This document shows, piece by piece, positions 39,470 through 51,929 of a stretch of 64,000 nt of DNA (positions within the stretch are counted from its first letter, which is position 1; the number at the start of each line of letters is the position of its first letter). The stretch lies in assembly GCF_018977255.1 (NCBI RefSeq), contig NW_024704742.1, positions 56,236,001 through 56,300,000 on the forward strand. Direction: 5' to 3'. Source of the DNA: Callorhinchus milii. Lineage: Eukaryota. The notes under the pieces are model-generated. The model searched no databases. It was not told the origin of the DNA and saw only the letters and a list, made by a program, of their open reading frames with translations. The position numbers and the translations under genes were made by a program.

Positions 39470-39795
39470 AATGACTATAGTGCTGTGGGTGGGCTACATT
39501 GTTGGAGGTGCCATCTTTTGGATGAGCCATTAAAGCAAGGTACTGTCTGCTTGTGCAGGTGGACATTAAAGATCCTGTGGCACTACTAAAAGAGATTTTC
39601 TCCCGATGTCCAGGTTCACAATTCCCCAAGTAAAATTCATTTAATGGCTATTTGTGAGACATTGCTGTGTTGAAATTAACTTCTGCGATTGCCTACAAAA
39701 TACACAGTCACTACATGATACAACGTATCCTATGAAGCCCTTTGAGGTGTCCTCTCATGTGAAAGGCACTATATCATGTGTAAGGATTATTATTT
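39470..39795 (+). mobile_element. DeuSINE body and tail
   Basis: ggaggtgccatcttttggatgag..caggtggacattaaagatcc..shared 3' module. Confidence 0.8.
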
Positions 39796-40185
39796 TTATA
39801 ATTATACTGGATTTAGGTTAGTTTGCAACAGACTGTAGCACCATACAATGGCTGTCTTGTCAAGTAATTTTATTATAAAAAATAATATAGTATAAATTTA
39901 ACACTTTGCCTTTCATCTACTTTTCCATTAATGAGTATTTTTACTTAATTGCATGAAATACTGAATAGTTTTTGGATTTATTTTGGAAAATTTGATTTAT
40001 GCAGTCATTTTGTTCTCCATAATCTGGAATGGGGGATAATGACTTTGGATATTTTGGATATTTTATGCATTTTTTAAAAAATGATTGGATTTGAATTCTT
40101 CAGTAAAGCATTAGAGACGAGGGTAGGCCAGAAGAGTTAACACTGAGTTTGAAAATCTAGGACAAATGGGCATAGAATCTCTAAT

Positions 40186-40386
40186 TGGGGCTAGATTTAT
40201 TCCTATACATTAACACTTAAGTGTCTAGAGTTTTAAATACTTTTGAAGCAGTCTTTTTAATTTGTTTAAAAAAAAGGGAAAAAGGTGGATCAAAGTTAAG
40301 ACTAAATTCAACAATTTCTCAAATTCTGGTCGCTCTTAAATGCTACAGAAATAGAGTCAATCTAGACTTAGGTAAAATTTCCCCCC
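40186..40386. mobile_element. Second copy of the MITE family
   Basis: ggggctagatttattcc ... agagtcaatctagacttaggtaaaatttccccc; internal ttaagact.aattcaa.aattt shared with 16586. Confidence 0.6.
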
Positions 40387-40738
40387 ACTTTAGTGCAATG
40401 CTGCAGATGGACCTTTGGTTCTTCTAAAACTTGGTAGCCATAGAATCATATATTTTTAATCAGCAAAGATTATTGGCCAGGACAACAGAAGAAACTCCCT
40501 TCTTTTTTGACATATTTAATGTTCCTCAGCACTGCACTGAAGCATCAGCTTCAAATGCTCAATGTAGAACTTAAAACCACAATCTTCAGAGGCCAGTTTG
40601 CTACCAACTGAGCCAGGTTGACATCCACAATAATACATACAAGGTAGCACATTTAGATTTGTTGCACATATTGCAGTTTATAGAAAAACTCAGGAAGGTA
40701 CCATTTTATGATGCATAAATCATATTAAAGTCTTCAAT

Positions 40739-41052
40739 ATAATAATAATAATCCTTGCATTTGATATAGCGCTTTTCACGTCGGGAGGACGTCCCAAAGC
40801 ACTTCACAAATATACTGTAAAGTGAATTGACTGTATATTTGTGGGCGAACGCAGTAGCCAATTGCGCACAGCAATGTCCCACAAACAGTCGTAAATTGAA
40901 AATGACCAATTTATTATTGTTTTTGGTTTTGGAGGGATTATTATTAGGCGTATGGAGTAAGGAAACTTGCCCAAGGTTTCGCCCTGCCTGGAATTGAACT
41001 CAGGTCTCTCGCTTACAAAGCGAGTGCTCTAACCACTGAGCTACAGGACTCC
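40739..41052 (-). mobile_element. Young full-length tRNA SINE (short form)
   Basis: Near-identical to the 15764 and 49730 copies. Confidence 0.95.
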
Positions 41053-41830
41053 ACAATGTTTTTTTCAAGAAAAAGAGGCACTGGATTTAGTAAAGGTTTT
41101 CAACAATGACTTGATTCAAGATGAAGAAAACCAATGGCGAGATACAAAAGCACAATGCTGGTGGGGAGTATTTGTTGGTTGTTGATAAAGGTATACCTAC
41201 TTAGATGGCAAGCATGTACTAATCTCTATTTGACAGTAATTTCACTGTCCTTAGATGTATTTGCTTACTATGGGGAATTCGCAGAGAACAAATGTCGTGC
41301 AGTGACACAATTTGTTAGCATTATATCGTCAAATGCTTTTTTGTGAAAAACTGCATATTTAGAGTTACCAATTTATATCTGCAAAATAACCTACCGTAAA
41401 TGTCACACATATTGCTAAGCAAACTTTCTGGGCTTTTCACAAGTGCAATGCTGCGTCTTTAAAAATATATTCAGCACAAAACATTTATGAAAGATGGAAT
41501 GGAATTTCTATAGTTGTTTGCTTTTTAAGAGCCAAATGGAAGTTCAGTGCTCAAAAATCATTTTCATTAACTAAAAATCCTGCCATTCAAATATAAACAA
41601 TTTGGGTGAGAAAGCACAGAGTGATCAAACTGAGAACAGACTGAATGAGGCAAAGGAATGCATTGCTTGTCAGCATAATAGTTGGAAGAGTAATCACTGA
41701 TACATAGATCAGCTGGTGTTCATTTAATTAATATTTTTAAGAAATCACACAAAATAATCTTGTAATTGGTTATGACTTGATGGTTATTACACATATAACA
41801 ACTCAAATGCTTATTAATACTCACAGTTAG

Positions 41831-42200
41831 TTTTTTTGATCAACTTGGTGTCTGAAAGAGAAAGAGAAATGCGGACAGAGATGACCATGCTTTAGAGTAC
41901 TGAAATCAGTCTAAGAGTTCCACATGTATATGCCACCTACACACAGAAATTTCCCAGTCTAAAATGGAATGCGCACTCTCTTCCACAGGGATATACCCTA
42001 CTTACCTAATTCTGGAGAGTATTAGCACAGGCTAGACTGACAAATGCCAAGGCTTGGGATCCCAGAGTGTGCGGTGGGGTACTGTTGGAGTCTAACCAGC
42101 TAAAGTCAAATAGCTTGCCATTGAAAGCACTGTCTGGTAAACGTTCTCACTGTTTGTCCAGCAAGGGCTACCCTACCCATCTGAGGTTTGAGTTTCTATG
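41831..42200 (-). mobile_element. 5'-truncated copy C of unclassified retroposon
   Basis: aaaatggaatgcgca..cctaattctgga..ggagtctaaccagctaaa..ttgaaagcactgtctgg matches 23119-23310; T-run at 41831. Confidence 0.8.
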
Positions 42201-42557
42201 ATGTTTTAAAATATGCCATGAAATAGATTAATTACTGAACAGCTCGAAGTGGACGTGTCCAATGAAGGACTGACAACTAGGAGCCATAGGCATCAACGTT
42301 CAATTGGAATATTGTTCATCAACTAGAGAAACATTTTTTAGTCTTGCACGGCAAAGCCCCAGCCAGATCTGCACTCAAGAGTGTTTGAAGGATGTTTGAC
42401 TGGTTTCAGCACTGTTGAGCTGCTTGAAGAAGGACAGCTGGACTCATATCAACAGGTTGATAACAGCAGCGCTCTGACAGCTTCCGTACCACAGTAGCTC
42501 AATGTGAAGCTAGTTGAAGGGAAAGTACCCAGCAATTCATTGCTTAATTCATTTAGG

Positions 42558-42945
42558 TCACAAGAGTGGGACAGATGAAGAAGGCTCTTTGGATGATCTG
42601 ATCTACTCTTTCCAGAATACCTATCCAACCATGTTCCCTTGAGACCATTAAACTGATTTTTAAATGAGTCCAGTGTGCTGGCCTTGACTATCCTTCTCAG
42701 TAACCCATTCAGGTCATTGATTTATCTTTTGTGTAAATAAATACTTGTGTAAAAATGCCCTCCATAACCCTGAGCAAATGTCCTGTCCTGCTGCCTTGGT
42801 AATCTAAAGATAACAGATGTTCTGGATTTACTTTATTTATCTCAGTTAGCATCTTATGCAGCTCTGAAAGGTTCTCTCTAAGACCTATCAAGACTGTAGA
42901 GCCCTATCTTATCTATTTTTTTCTCCTGATTCACCCCAATTCTTC
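42558..42945 (-). mobile_element. Old CR1 3' end
   Basis: LRENL.E.HK..KVNPE.L..RTGH.L; 3' end homologous to 54542. Confidence 0.65.
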
Positions 42946-43804
42946 CAACTGCTGTTATCTCAGAGTATTAAAAATATCTAAAGATGATACATTTTGAAAT
43001 CAGTAGCTCACATATCCTTTCATGTTTCAGATGCTTACATGGAGCTAAATTTGTTGTCTTGAGCCTCTGTTGAGGTTCTTAGTTGTTTGTTTGTTCTATG
43101 TAATTTCCCTAATCTGGCAGACCGATTTGCATGCTTGTCAATCACTTTTGACTATGCTTATTGTCACCTCCTCCCCTTCCCTTCCTCCGAGCTCCACATC
43201 CAACTCTGCCACTGTGAAGCATTCCAAGATGTTATCCAAGACTTTGGGATGTCCTTCCAATGTGAAAAGCGCTTTACAAATGTAATTTTGCATTGTATTG
43301 ATCCTATATGAAGGACACTATTATAAATTGCTGTTGTTTCATGGTACTTTGATATACTAAGATATTCTTCTTCTTACCAAGGTCACCAAGGGTTAAACAC
43401 ACAGCCATTGACTGCCTGAGATTATAGGAATATATTTACTGAATGGAGCCAAAGGGAAATGGCACAAAATACTGCTTGTTTACACTTTGACAGTTTATTG
43501 GAATAAAAATACTTTGCTCAACAGGCAAACAAAATGTGTTTATCATTAATGACACATTACATCCTTGTGAGTCATCTTACAAAACAATTTACTTGAAAGT
43601 ATTCGGCTTTGGTCAGGAATTTACGATTTTCCAGACTGTTGCTGACATTTGTGGCTACATTGTTGACTACAACCGTATCTTATGACAAGTACTAATTATT
43701 TCTTGGTTTCTGGGGTATTTGTACATAAAGTATAATGGACTTGGTGTGTGTCCTATAACGTGAGTGTAATGGATGGTTTGACAATTTGTTTGTATCAGGA
43801 TACT

Positions 43805-44034
43805 GCAGTCGCCAGTCAGCGAGCAGCAGGGCCTCGGGAAACCATGGTAAACCAAACGGGAGACAAGAGGAGCGAGGGATGAAGGTTTTGTTCGCCAAAA
43901 GCTGAGCGAGGTTGGTTGTGAGTGGGCACCGGCGGAGACGCCATTTCAAAATCCCGCACCTAAAAAACGGCCTAATCTCAGTGTTGGACGTCATTTCCGG
44001 GCGCCATTTTCAAATCTGCCAAGGTAGGGTAAGT
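43805..44034 (+). promoter_or_regulatory. CpG-rich promoter-like segment (YY1/ETS/CRE motifs) ending in a canonical splice donor
   Basis: CGCCATTT at 43939 and 44002, GACGTCA 43987, ATTTCCGG 43993, AGG|GTAAGT 44029; CpG-dense relative to flanks. Confidence 0.45.
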
Positions 44035-45580
44035 ATAGTGTGTATTCTACTATCCTTCTGCTACCTTGTCCTCCCCTCCCTTCCTTCCCATCTTTGGCAC
44101 CCAAGCCATGACCGCCATCCCTCCTGTCCCACCCTGCACTGCCTCCCGCAGCCCGTAGGCTGATACTGCCCCGCTGATCAATCACTCCTGGTCTTTGCAT
44201 GCACGTTTTGGCTGCTGCCCTGATCCAAACTGCTTGCCCCCCGAAAATGTTCCTGCTCCCATCCCCCACATTCCGCTTTCTCACTCTGTCCTTCTCTCCC
44301 ACCTCCCTCCTCACCTTCTCTCTCTCCTGGACCTCACCATTACTTCCCTCTGCTCTAGCCTGGGTATCCTCCACCATGGCTCCCAGTGTTGGTTGTCCCA
44401 GAGCAGCCATCTCAACTGTCCCATCGTTTACTCTCTCTGCAGCAACTGCCTCCGAAAGGCAAACACCCCTCTCTCAGCCATACCCTCCCCAACACTGCCT
44501 GCTCCTCAAACTCCATGATCACTTCCCCCCTTACGACCTCAAATCCTCTCTATACCACTCTCCCCATCACCACTCCCCACCCCCCACCATTAAACCTATC
44601 CGCATTTCCCTCCAAAATGTCCACTCCCTCTCCAACAAAGCCCTTACTATCCATGACCCCATCCTGAATGAGCACATTGATATTTTTGGACTTACAGAAA
44701 CTTGGTTCTCTCCCAGTGACCCCATCCCCCTCGTTGAAGCCTCCCCTCCTGGTTACACCTTTCACCAGACCACCCCCCACCTCCGCCCCAACCAACGTGG
44801 CAGCAGGGTGGCCCTCATCTCCCAAGCTTCCCTTGGTCTATCCCCTATTCCTCTGGCTGTTTCTCCTCCATTGAGCACCTCACCCTTTACCATCACCCCT
44901 CTCTCTTTCACAAGACTCGCCTAGTTTACCGCCCCCCAAACCTCCTGGCTTCTTCCTCACTGATATTTCCTCTCTATTCTGATCCCTGTCCCTCTGCAAT
45001 GAACAACTGCTCATTAATGTTGGAAACTCCAAGCAACCACCCCTTGCACCACCTCCTCGAATTTCACTGCCCTTCTCTCCTCTGTAAACCTTACCCTCCA
45101 CGTCAACTCACCAACCCACAACCATGGCCTTTCCCTCAAACACGTCATCACACACAGCCTAGACATTTCTGACCTGTCAATCACAGACAAGGCCATCTAG
45201 GACCACTTCCTCATCTCCTCCCACTGCCCCTCGCCTCTTCCAAACCCTCCAATATTTTTTTCCACCCCTGGAGAAAGCTTCCACATGAGTCCCTCACAAA
45301 TGCCCTCTCTTCCTTGGACCTCCACTTCCTCTGGCTCTCCACCTGCAGCGATCCTGATGCAGCCATCAAGCTGAACTCCATCCCAGAATCGCTCTGCCTC
45401 ACCCCCTCCCTTACCTCCTTCAAGGCCTGTCTCAAGACTTTCCTTTTTGATTGTTCTTTTATCTGCTCCCCACCCTTCACCCCTCTTGATTCCAACTCGG
45501 GTACAAACCTTTAACTGTTTAGCACCTTGATACATCCTTCCGAAACACACAATATAGATACAATGTTGTTGTTGTTGTTG
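44035..45580 (+). mobile_element. L2 5' region plus AP endonuclease, RT deleted, 3' tail retained
   Basis: ISLQNVHSLSNKA..IDIFGLTETW..PPGYTF..RGSRVA; NSPTHNHG..DH; jumps at ~45372 to NSIPESL..FKACLKTFLF and (TTG)n. Confidence 0.9.
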
Positions 45581-45807
45581 AAGGAGATGCACTTTATAAT
45601 GTGTGATGCTGTTTACTGGTACGAGGTATGATTTACACTGCCGGTTTCCTGATGAGCATTCTTCAATCACATTGGGATTTTTTTTTAGATTCTCTCAGTA
45701 TACATACCTCTGGCCCTAAACAGATTGGGGCTATTAGGAGTTGTTTAGGTTATTACTGATGCAAATCTCATACTTTTTNCTCCAAATCACTTTGAAGTTA
45801 TATCATC

Positions 45808-46132
45808 ATAATCCTTATATTTGATATGTCCCTTTCATAGAGGAGGACATCTTAAAGCACTTCACAGGATTTACTATCAAGTGTAATAACTGCTGAATTT
45901 GTGGATGAACATGGCACTGCATTATCCCACAAACAGCTAGGAAGTGAATGACCAATTTTATTTGGGAGATTGTTGGCCAAGACACTGGGAGAAACTTCCT
46001 TTCCAAATAAAGCCAGGGATCTTTAATGTCCAACTTAGCAGGCAAGCAGGACTTTGGTTTAATGTCTCATCCAAAAGACAGCACCTCCACAATGCAGCCC
46101 ACTCCCAACATTGCATTTGCGTGTCAGCATAG
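45808..46132 (-). mobile_element. DeuSINE body and tail
   Basis: Reverse of ggaggtgctgtcttttggatgagacattaaacc..ggacattaaagatccc. Confidence 0.8.
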
Positions 46133-46145
46133 ACAACGTGAGTAC

Positions 46146-46530
46146 AACACAACAATTTGCATTTATATAGCACCCTTCATGCAGGGTAGCACCTCTGAGC
46201 ACTTATCAATGGTACAACCTGATGCAGAGCCGGGGGGAGGGTGGATACCTGTAGACAAAATCGAAAAGGAAGGCCTTAAGGCATGATCTGAAAACAGGGA
46301 AGGAAGAGGCAAGGCAGAGAGACTGAGGGAGAGAGTTCCAATGTTGCAGGACATAGTGGCTGAAAGGACAGCTGCCGATGGTAGATGGTAGGGGATAAGG
46401 GATAAGCAGGAAGCCGGAGCCATCCTCACGAAGGCAGTGGGTGGTGGAGTGGGAAGGAACCAGATCAGAGAGATAGGGAGGCTATGAAGGGATTTGTAGA
46501 CAATTGTGAGGATCTTGAAGTGAATCCATT
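46146..46530 (-). mobile_element. L2 3' fragment inserted in a DeuSINE
   Basis: IHFKILTIVYKSLHSL; the DeuSINE head resumes at 46530-46613. Confidence 0.8.
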
Positions 46531-46764
46531 CATGCCAAATCCTCACATGAGGCTTGAGCCTACAACCTTCTGATTCAGAGTCAAGAGTGCTCCCAACTGA
46601 ACCAGGCTGACACACTGTCTCATTATAATATTGTTTTCCCTAAATCAATGCTAAAATTGCTGACATAAATCCTGAACATGGTTTGAGACCCCACGGAGGT
46701 AGATTCAGTAAGACATTTATTTCCACCACTGCAGTACAAACGCAGACAGCGAGATTTTGTCAAA

Positions 46765-46817
46765 AATAGCCTCAAGGTACAATGTTTTCAATAGCCTCAA
46801 GGTACAATGTTTTCAAT
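46765..46817. repeat. 25-bp tandem duplication
   Basis: aatagcctcaaggtacaatgttttc x2. Confidence 0.9.
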
Positions 46818-46949
46818 TTTATTAAAGCACCAGTTGCACTCGCAGTTCTTTAATCTTAAAACATTAATCGTTTTTCATCTCTGGTTAGCAGAGGTCTGTG
46901 TATTCACTCAGTTGTGCTCATTTGTCTCTATCTGCTTGATTTCTATTCC

Positions 46950-48411
46950 CACTGCTTATTTGCCTTTCCTAATCTCATCACTTTCCATTCAAACGACTTG
47001 TAGCACTTGTCAGAATAACATCGTCGCTGGTCAACCAACCGCGTTGTTGCCAACCAACTTCGTGCACATCTCTCCCTCCAAACCCTACTCGAACCCCTCT
47101 AGTCCGGTTTCCACCCTGCCCACAGTACAGAGACAACACTTGGAAAGTCACAAATGATATCCTCTCTATCTGTGATCAGGGCTCCCTCTACCTCCTCGTC
47201 CTCCTGGACCTCTCTGCCACTTTCAACACAGTTGATCACGCGATCCTCCTCCATTGCCTTTCCTTCATCATCCACTTCAGTGGGACCTCACTCGCCTGGT
47301 TCAAGTCCTACCTTACAAACTGCCAGCACTACATTTTTGCAAATGGTTTTTCTTCTCACTTCCACCAGGTCACCTGCGGGTTACCACAAAGATCCATCCT
47401 TGGCCCCCTTCTCTTCCTCATCTATATGCTCCCTTTTGGTGATGTCATCTGCAGACACGGGGTTAACTTCTACATGTATGCGGATGACATTCAAATCTAC
47501 TTTTCCACCTCCAGCTGTGACCCCCAGTCCTCTGGTTTTCTGTCAGCTTGTCTGTCGGACATCAAGAGCTGGATGAGCACACATTTCCTGCAGTTAAACG
47601 TCAACAAAACGGAAGCCATACGCTTTGGCTCCCGCCAATGTCTTCTGTCCCGCGGTTCCGAACTCCTCAACCTACCCGACCTGTCCTTAAAACTCTCCGA
47701 AACCGTGCACAACTTAGGCATCAGGTTCGTTCCCCATTTATCCTTACTCCGCTACATCCTTTCTCTGAGCAGCACCGCTTTCTTCCACCTCCGCCACATT
47801 GCCCGTCACCGACAATACCTCACTCCAATATCTGCCGAAACCCTTGTCCATGCCTTTGTCACCTCTCAGCTGGACTACTCTAACACCCTCCTCGCTGATC
47901 TCCCCTCCTCCACTATTCACAGCTCATTCAAAACTCCTCATCCGCATTCTCACCCACACCAAACTTCATACCCCGATTTCTCCAGTCCTTGCCAAACTCC
48001 ACTGGCTCCCTGTCACAAAGCAGATCAACTTCAAGATCCTCACTCTAGTGTTTAAATCCCTCCATTCCTTGGCACCTCCCCTATCTCTCTAACCTCCTCC
48101 CTCCCCACAGTAGTAGCCGCTGTCTCCGCGCTACTGGGTCCGGCCCCCACCGTGTCCCCCAAATTCTCCTCTCCACTATCGGCGACCATGCCTTCAGCCA
48201 CTACATCCCAAAACTTTGGAACTCCCTCCCTCAACCCCTTTGCCTGGCCCCCTCCTTCCTCATCTTCTGATAGCACCTGAAGACCTTCCTCTTCGACCAC
48301 CCTACGGTCACCTTCCCCCTCCCCCTGGCTTGGCCTTAGGCTCTGCACTTTTAAGTGATCTGAGACGCCACCGGCGTGGAGGGCGCTAAATAAATGAAAG
48401 TTGTTGTTGTT
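46950..48411 (+). mobile_element. L2 RT to 3' end
   Basis: LLDLSATF.TVDH, PQRSILGP, MYADDIQIY, WMSTHFLQLNVNKTE, LDYSNTLL, HWLPV..FKIL; (TTG)n. Confidence 0.95.
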
Positions 48412-48674
48412 ATCAGAAGACTCTGCATCTGGTCCACTTGTTCCCAACTGTTTGTCATCAACACCCAGTTGATTTCCTTGGATCCATTGCCAAAGTAGAT
48501 GGAGGAAAAGTAGGCCATAAATTGCATTAAAATGCCTTTTTTATCAAAATCCACTATGGATGATGAATTAATAACATTAATCCCTGCACCTAAAAATAAA
48601 TCTCTTAAAGCATAAGATTCTACTGTAGTTTGGCAATCTGTGCAAGTTGTTGGCAAGTTACCTCAATTATTTTA

Positions 48675-48688
48675 GCGCCACCTATTGA
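48675..48688. promoter_or_regulatory. Candidate CTCF site
   Basis: gcgccacctattga versus consensus GCGCCACCTAGTGG (2 mismatches), in non-repeat DNA. Confidence 0.35.
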
Positions 48689-49459
48689 GAGCAGAAGTAT
48701 TTCATTGATAGTTGGGAAAGAGAAATTTTAGCAGGATTTGGCTTTCTCCAAAAATATGCAGATATCAAGGAATTCCTGACAAGGGAATTCCACTCCCTTT
48801 GGTTTTCGCACAAAGAAAGAACATTCTTTAACATTTCACTCAAACAGTGGCATAAGGGAATGGCACAGATGCCCTTACTTGATATGACCTAGTGGAGATC
48901 ATCACACATCTACCCTCCAATACCATGTCAATAATAATGATAATAATCCTTGCATTTGGTACAGCGCCTTTCACATTGGGAGGATGTATCAAGGCGCTTC
49001 ACATGATTTACCTTGAAGTAGAGTCACAGTGTATTTGTGGACGAATGCAGCAGCCAATGTTGATTGCTGTTCCTCAAGGGAAGAAACAATCTGCAATGCA
49101 TTCTTCCTCCACCCATCCTCTGGGATGACCTGTACCAGTCAGGTGAAGTTACTGACAAATTGAGGGCAGTTATCTTCCCACTTGATCCAATGTATCTTTC
49201 ACAGCATCTTCCTCTGTGAAACAAGCCTATAAAGTACTTGTTTTCTACGGTATTTATTATTTCCCCCATCATTTCTATCTGTGCCAAGTACCAGAGCTGA
49301 ATTTTTCCTTTGCTTCTGTGCAAAGATGACTGTTTGTGGGACACTGCTGTGCGCAATTGACTGAGACATCTCAACAATGTGATAAGGCGCTATATCAAAT
49401 TCAATTATTATTATTTACTAGCAGCAGCTCAGGAATAATTTCTTCTTCTTTTTCTTCAG

Positions 49460-49564
49460 TGTTTTCAACATGCTACAGAAAAGCACCTGTCCTTCTCTGT
49501 GTACCCGAATGGCAGTACAGCTCAAATGCAATGTTTGAGGGGAAAATCACAGATTATGAATGAG
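49460..49564 (+). other. Candidate exon (105 bp, phase 0-0), unidentified
   Basis: Long pyrimidine tract tcttcttctttttcttcag|, donor gag|gtgagc; open frame CFQHATEKHLSFSVYPNGSTAQMQCLRGKSQIMNE. Confidence 0.3.
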
Positions 49565-49729
49565 GTGAGCTGTAACATCATGTTCAAATCAGTAAACAAA
49601 TTTGTAGGGGGCTTATATTAGCAGTGGCCCATTGCTACAGGCTGAGTATTGTAGTCAGTCTCACATTAGCACTGAAGACAAATGGAGCACCTTTCGTCTT
49701 TCCCACAAACCATTTAATAACTACCCATT

Positions 49730-50052
49730 GGAGTCTTGTAGCTCAGTGGTTAGAGCACTCGCTTTGCAAGTGAGAGACCTGAGTTCAATTCCAGGCAGAG
49801 GGCGAAACCTTGGGCAAGTTTCCTTACTCCACACAAAGCCTAATAATAATCCCTCCAAAACCAAAAACAATAATAAATTGGTCATTTTCAATCTACGACT
49901 GTTTGTGGGACATTGCTGTGCGCAATTGGCTGCCGCGTTCGCCCACAGATATACAGTCAATTCACTTTACAGTGTGTTCTGCGAAGCGCTTTGGGACGTC
50001 CTCCCGACGTGAAAAGCGCTATATCAAATGCAAGGATTATTATTATTATTAT
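49730..50052 (+). mobile_element. Young full-length tRNA SINE (short form)
   Basis: Intact head, stem-loop at 49985-50020, (ATT)n. Confidence 0.95.
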
Positions 50053-51929
50053 CATCAGATGACAAAAGTCCCCAAATATGATAATATTTAGTTAAAAGAA
50101 ATTCAAGCATTAAATAATATACTAGTTTCCCACAGTGCACTACTTTGTCCCTGGGAGTAAATTTTCAAGTGGGATACAAATTTCACCAGTGCAAACTAAT
50201 AAGTTTTAGGAATCATGCAACAGTCTGTATTTACTCTGCACTGTATTTTCCACTCAACTATGCTCTTCTTGCTATTTTTTGCCCCTGAATACATTAATTA
50301 AAGGTCATGTCAGAGCAAAATGTGCTTTAAGTGCTCTCTTTTTCTCTTATGAGCGAATACCGGGAGAAATCAGACACAGATAAAGGCGGGTGGAGGTGTG
50401 GGAGGTGGGGGGAGAGGGCGGTGGGAGGAAGGAAAGAACTGTTCAAACCAAAGAAGCTACACAATACCAAATAGATATACAGTCTATTCACTTTACAGCA
50501 TATTCTGTGAAGCACTTTGAGACGTCTAGAAGACGTGAAAAGCGCTATATCAAATGCAAGGATTATTATTATTATTAGATGTTCAATGCCCAAATATCTG
50601 GTATATACTTGCATTTCTAGTGATGATCCTCTTACTCTCATTCCTTTGGATGTCATTAACCTACACCTGATAGCAAAACGTAATGCTTTGGATCTGTGAT
50701 ATGGCATTTGTTTTAAGGATAATCTGTTTCATAGGTCCACTTCCCCATTAACGTGACCGAGCTGCCATGGGGGAGGTTACAAAAAGATTAGCTGAGTTAT
50801 GTAATACTTCATCTGGCAGTTCAACCTCTGCCTTTCTGCATCTGACTTTACACTGCCTTGTGGGCTTTGCTCCAATTCCTGATTTTTTTTCTTCAGTGAG
50901 CACATTCAAACACACTGGTGTGTGCAGACAGGAGAATGATTCTGCGCTAATTAGTAAATTTACCAAACTTAACAGACGAGCAGGTCCAAATCTAGGCAGG
51001 TCCATAACATACTGACCTTGGTGGTGGAAGCTTATCCCAGGATTTACCTACAAGAGAATAAGATTCCATATAGCTGACCTGCAAGGTCAATACATTTCTA
51101 CTGACTCTTTGAACCGAGATGACCCACAGCATTCAAGACCCACATCTACCAATTTAGAATAGAACCAAGGATGTTACAGCACACAAGAGGTCATTTTGCC
51201 CATTGAGCCTATGTTGGTGATATCTCCTCCATTGCAGCTAGATACTCTAACTCCATTCCTTAATTTACTGTTCTTTCCCTGTAGCTTATTTTGTATTTCT
51301 TCAAATAAATATCAAATTGCTTACTAGCTGTTATGGCACTTGTGGCAACTGAATCTGATTCCACCCTGCCTGTTGTACTCACGAGGTATTGTGCTTCTTA
51401 CAACTCTGAGGCACACAAGGTCTTATAGTTTTAGCCTGAAGATCATTGTCTTAAAATTCTGTTGATACTTTGAAATTAAAGACAAAAGCATTTTAGAAAT
51501 TGGTCATGGAATACTGTATTAAAATATAGGCAATGGAATCTGTATATGGAGTTAAATTTGTGGTTTTCTTCAAGTATTCCTTAAATCAGCAGTGGAAAAA
51601 TGCGGTACATGGAATAATAACAATCTTTGCATTTGATAGAGCTCCTTATCCTATTATCAAAATGTCTCGAAGCACTTCACAGGTTAGGGTGTTTTAATAT
51701 AATATTGATAATAATTCTTACATTTGGTATAGTGCCTTTCACATCAGAAGGATGTCTCAAATTGCTTCACAGTATACCTTGAGCCCACAATCTTCTGACT
51801 CAGAGGCAAGAGCCAGGCTGGATCCTACTGTGAAGTGTAGTTACTGTATATTTGTAGGTGAACTATCAAAAGTGTAATGTAATACGACAAATTTATTCCT
51901 GTTGTTTAATCATTGCCACCTCCACTTAC

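Noticed and set aside
44199..44924. 241-aa ORF as a host gene
   Set aside because: C-terminal half is the L2 AP endonuclease; the rest is C-rich L2 sequence
45779..45779. Single N base
   Set aside because: Assembly ambiguity or gap marker with no biological meaning, though contiguity across it is unverified
49632..50091. Recurrent ORFs such as MWANAAANCAQQ.. / MGKFPYS.. / ..KCKDYYYY
   Set aside because: Incidental translations of the SINE, repeated at every copy
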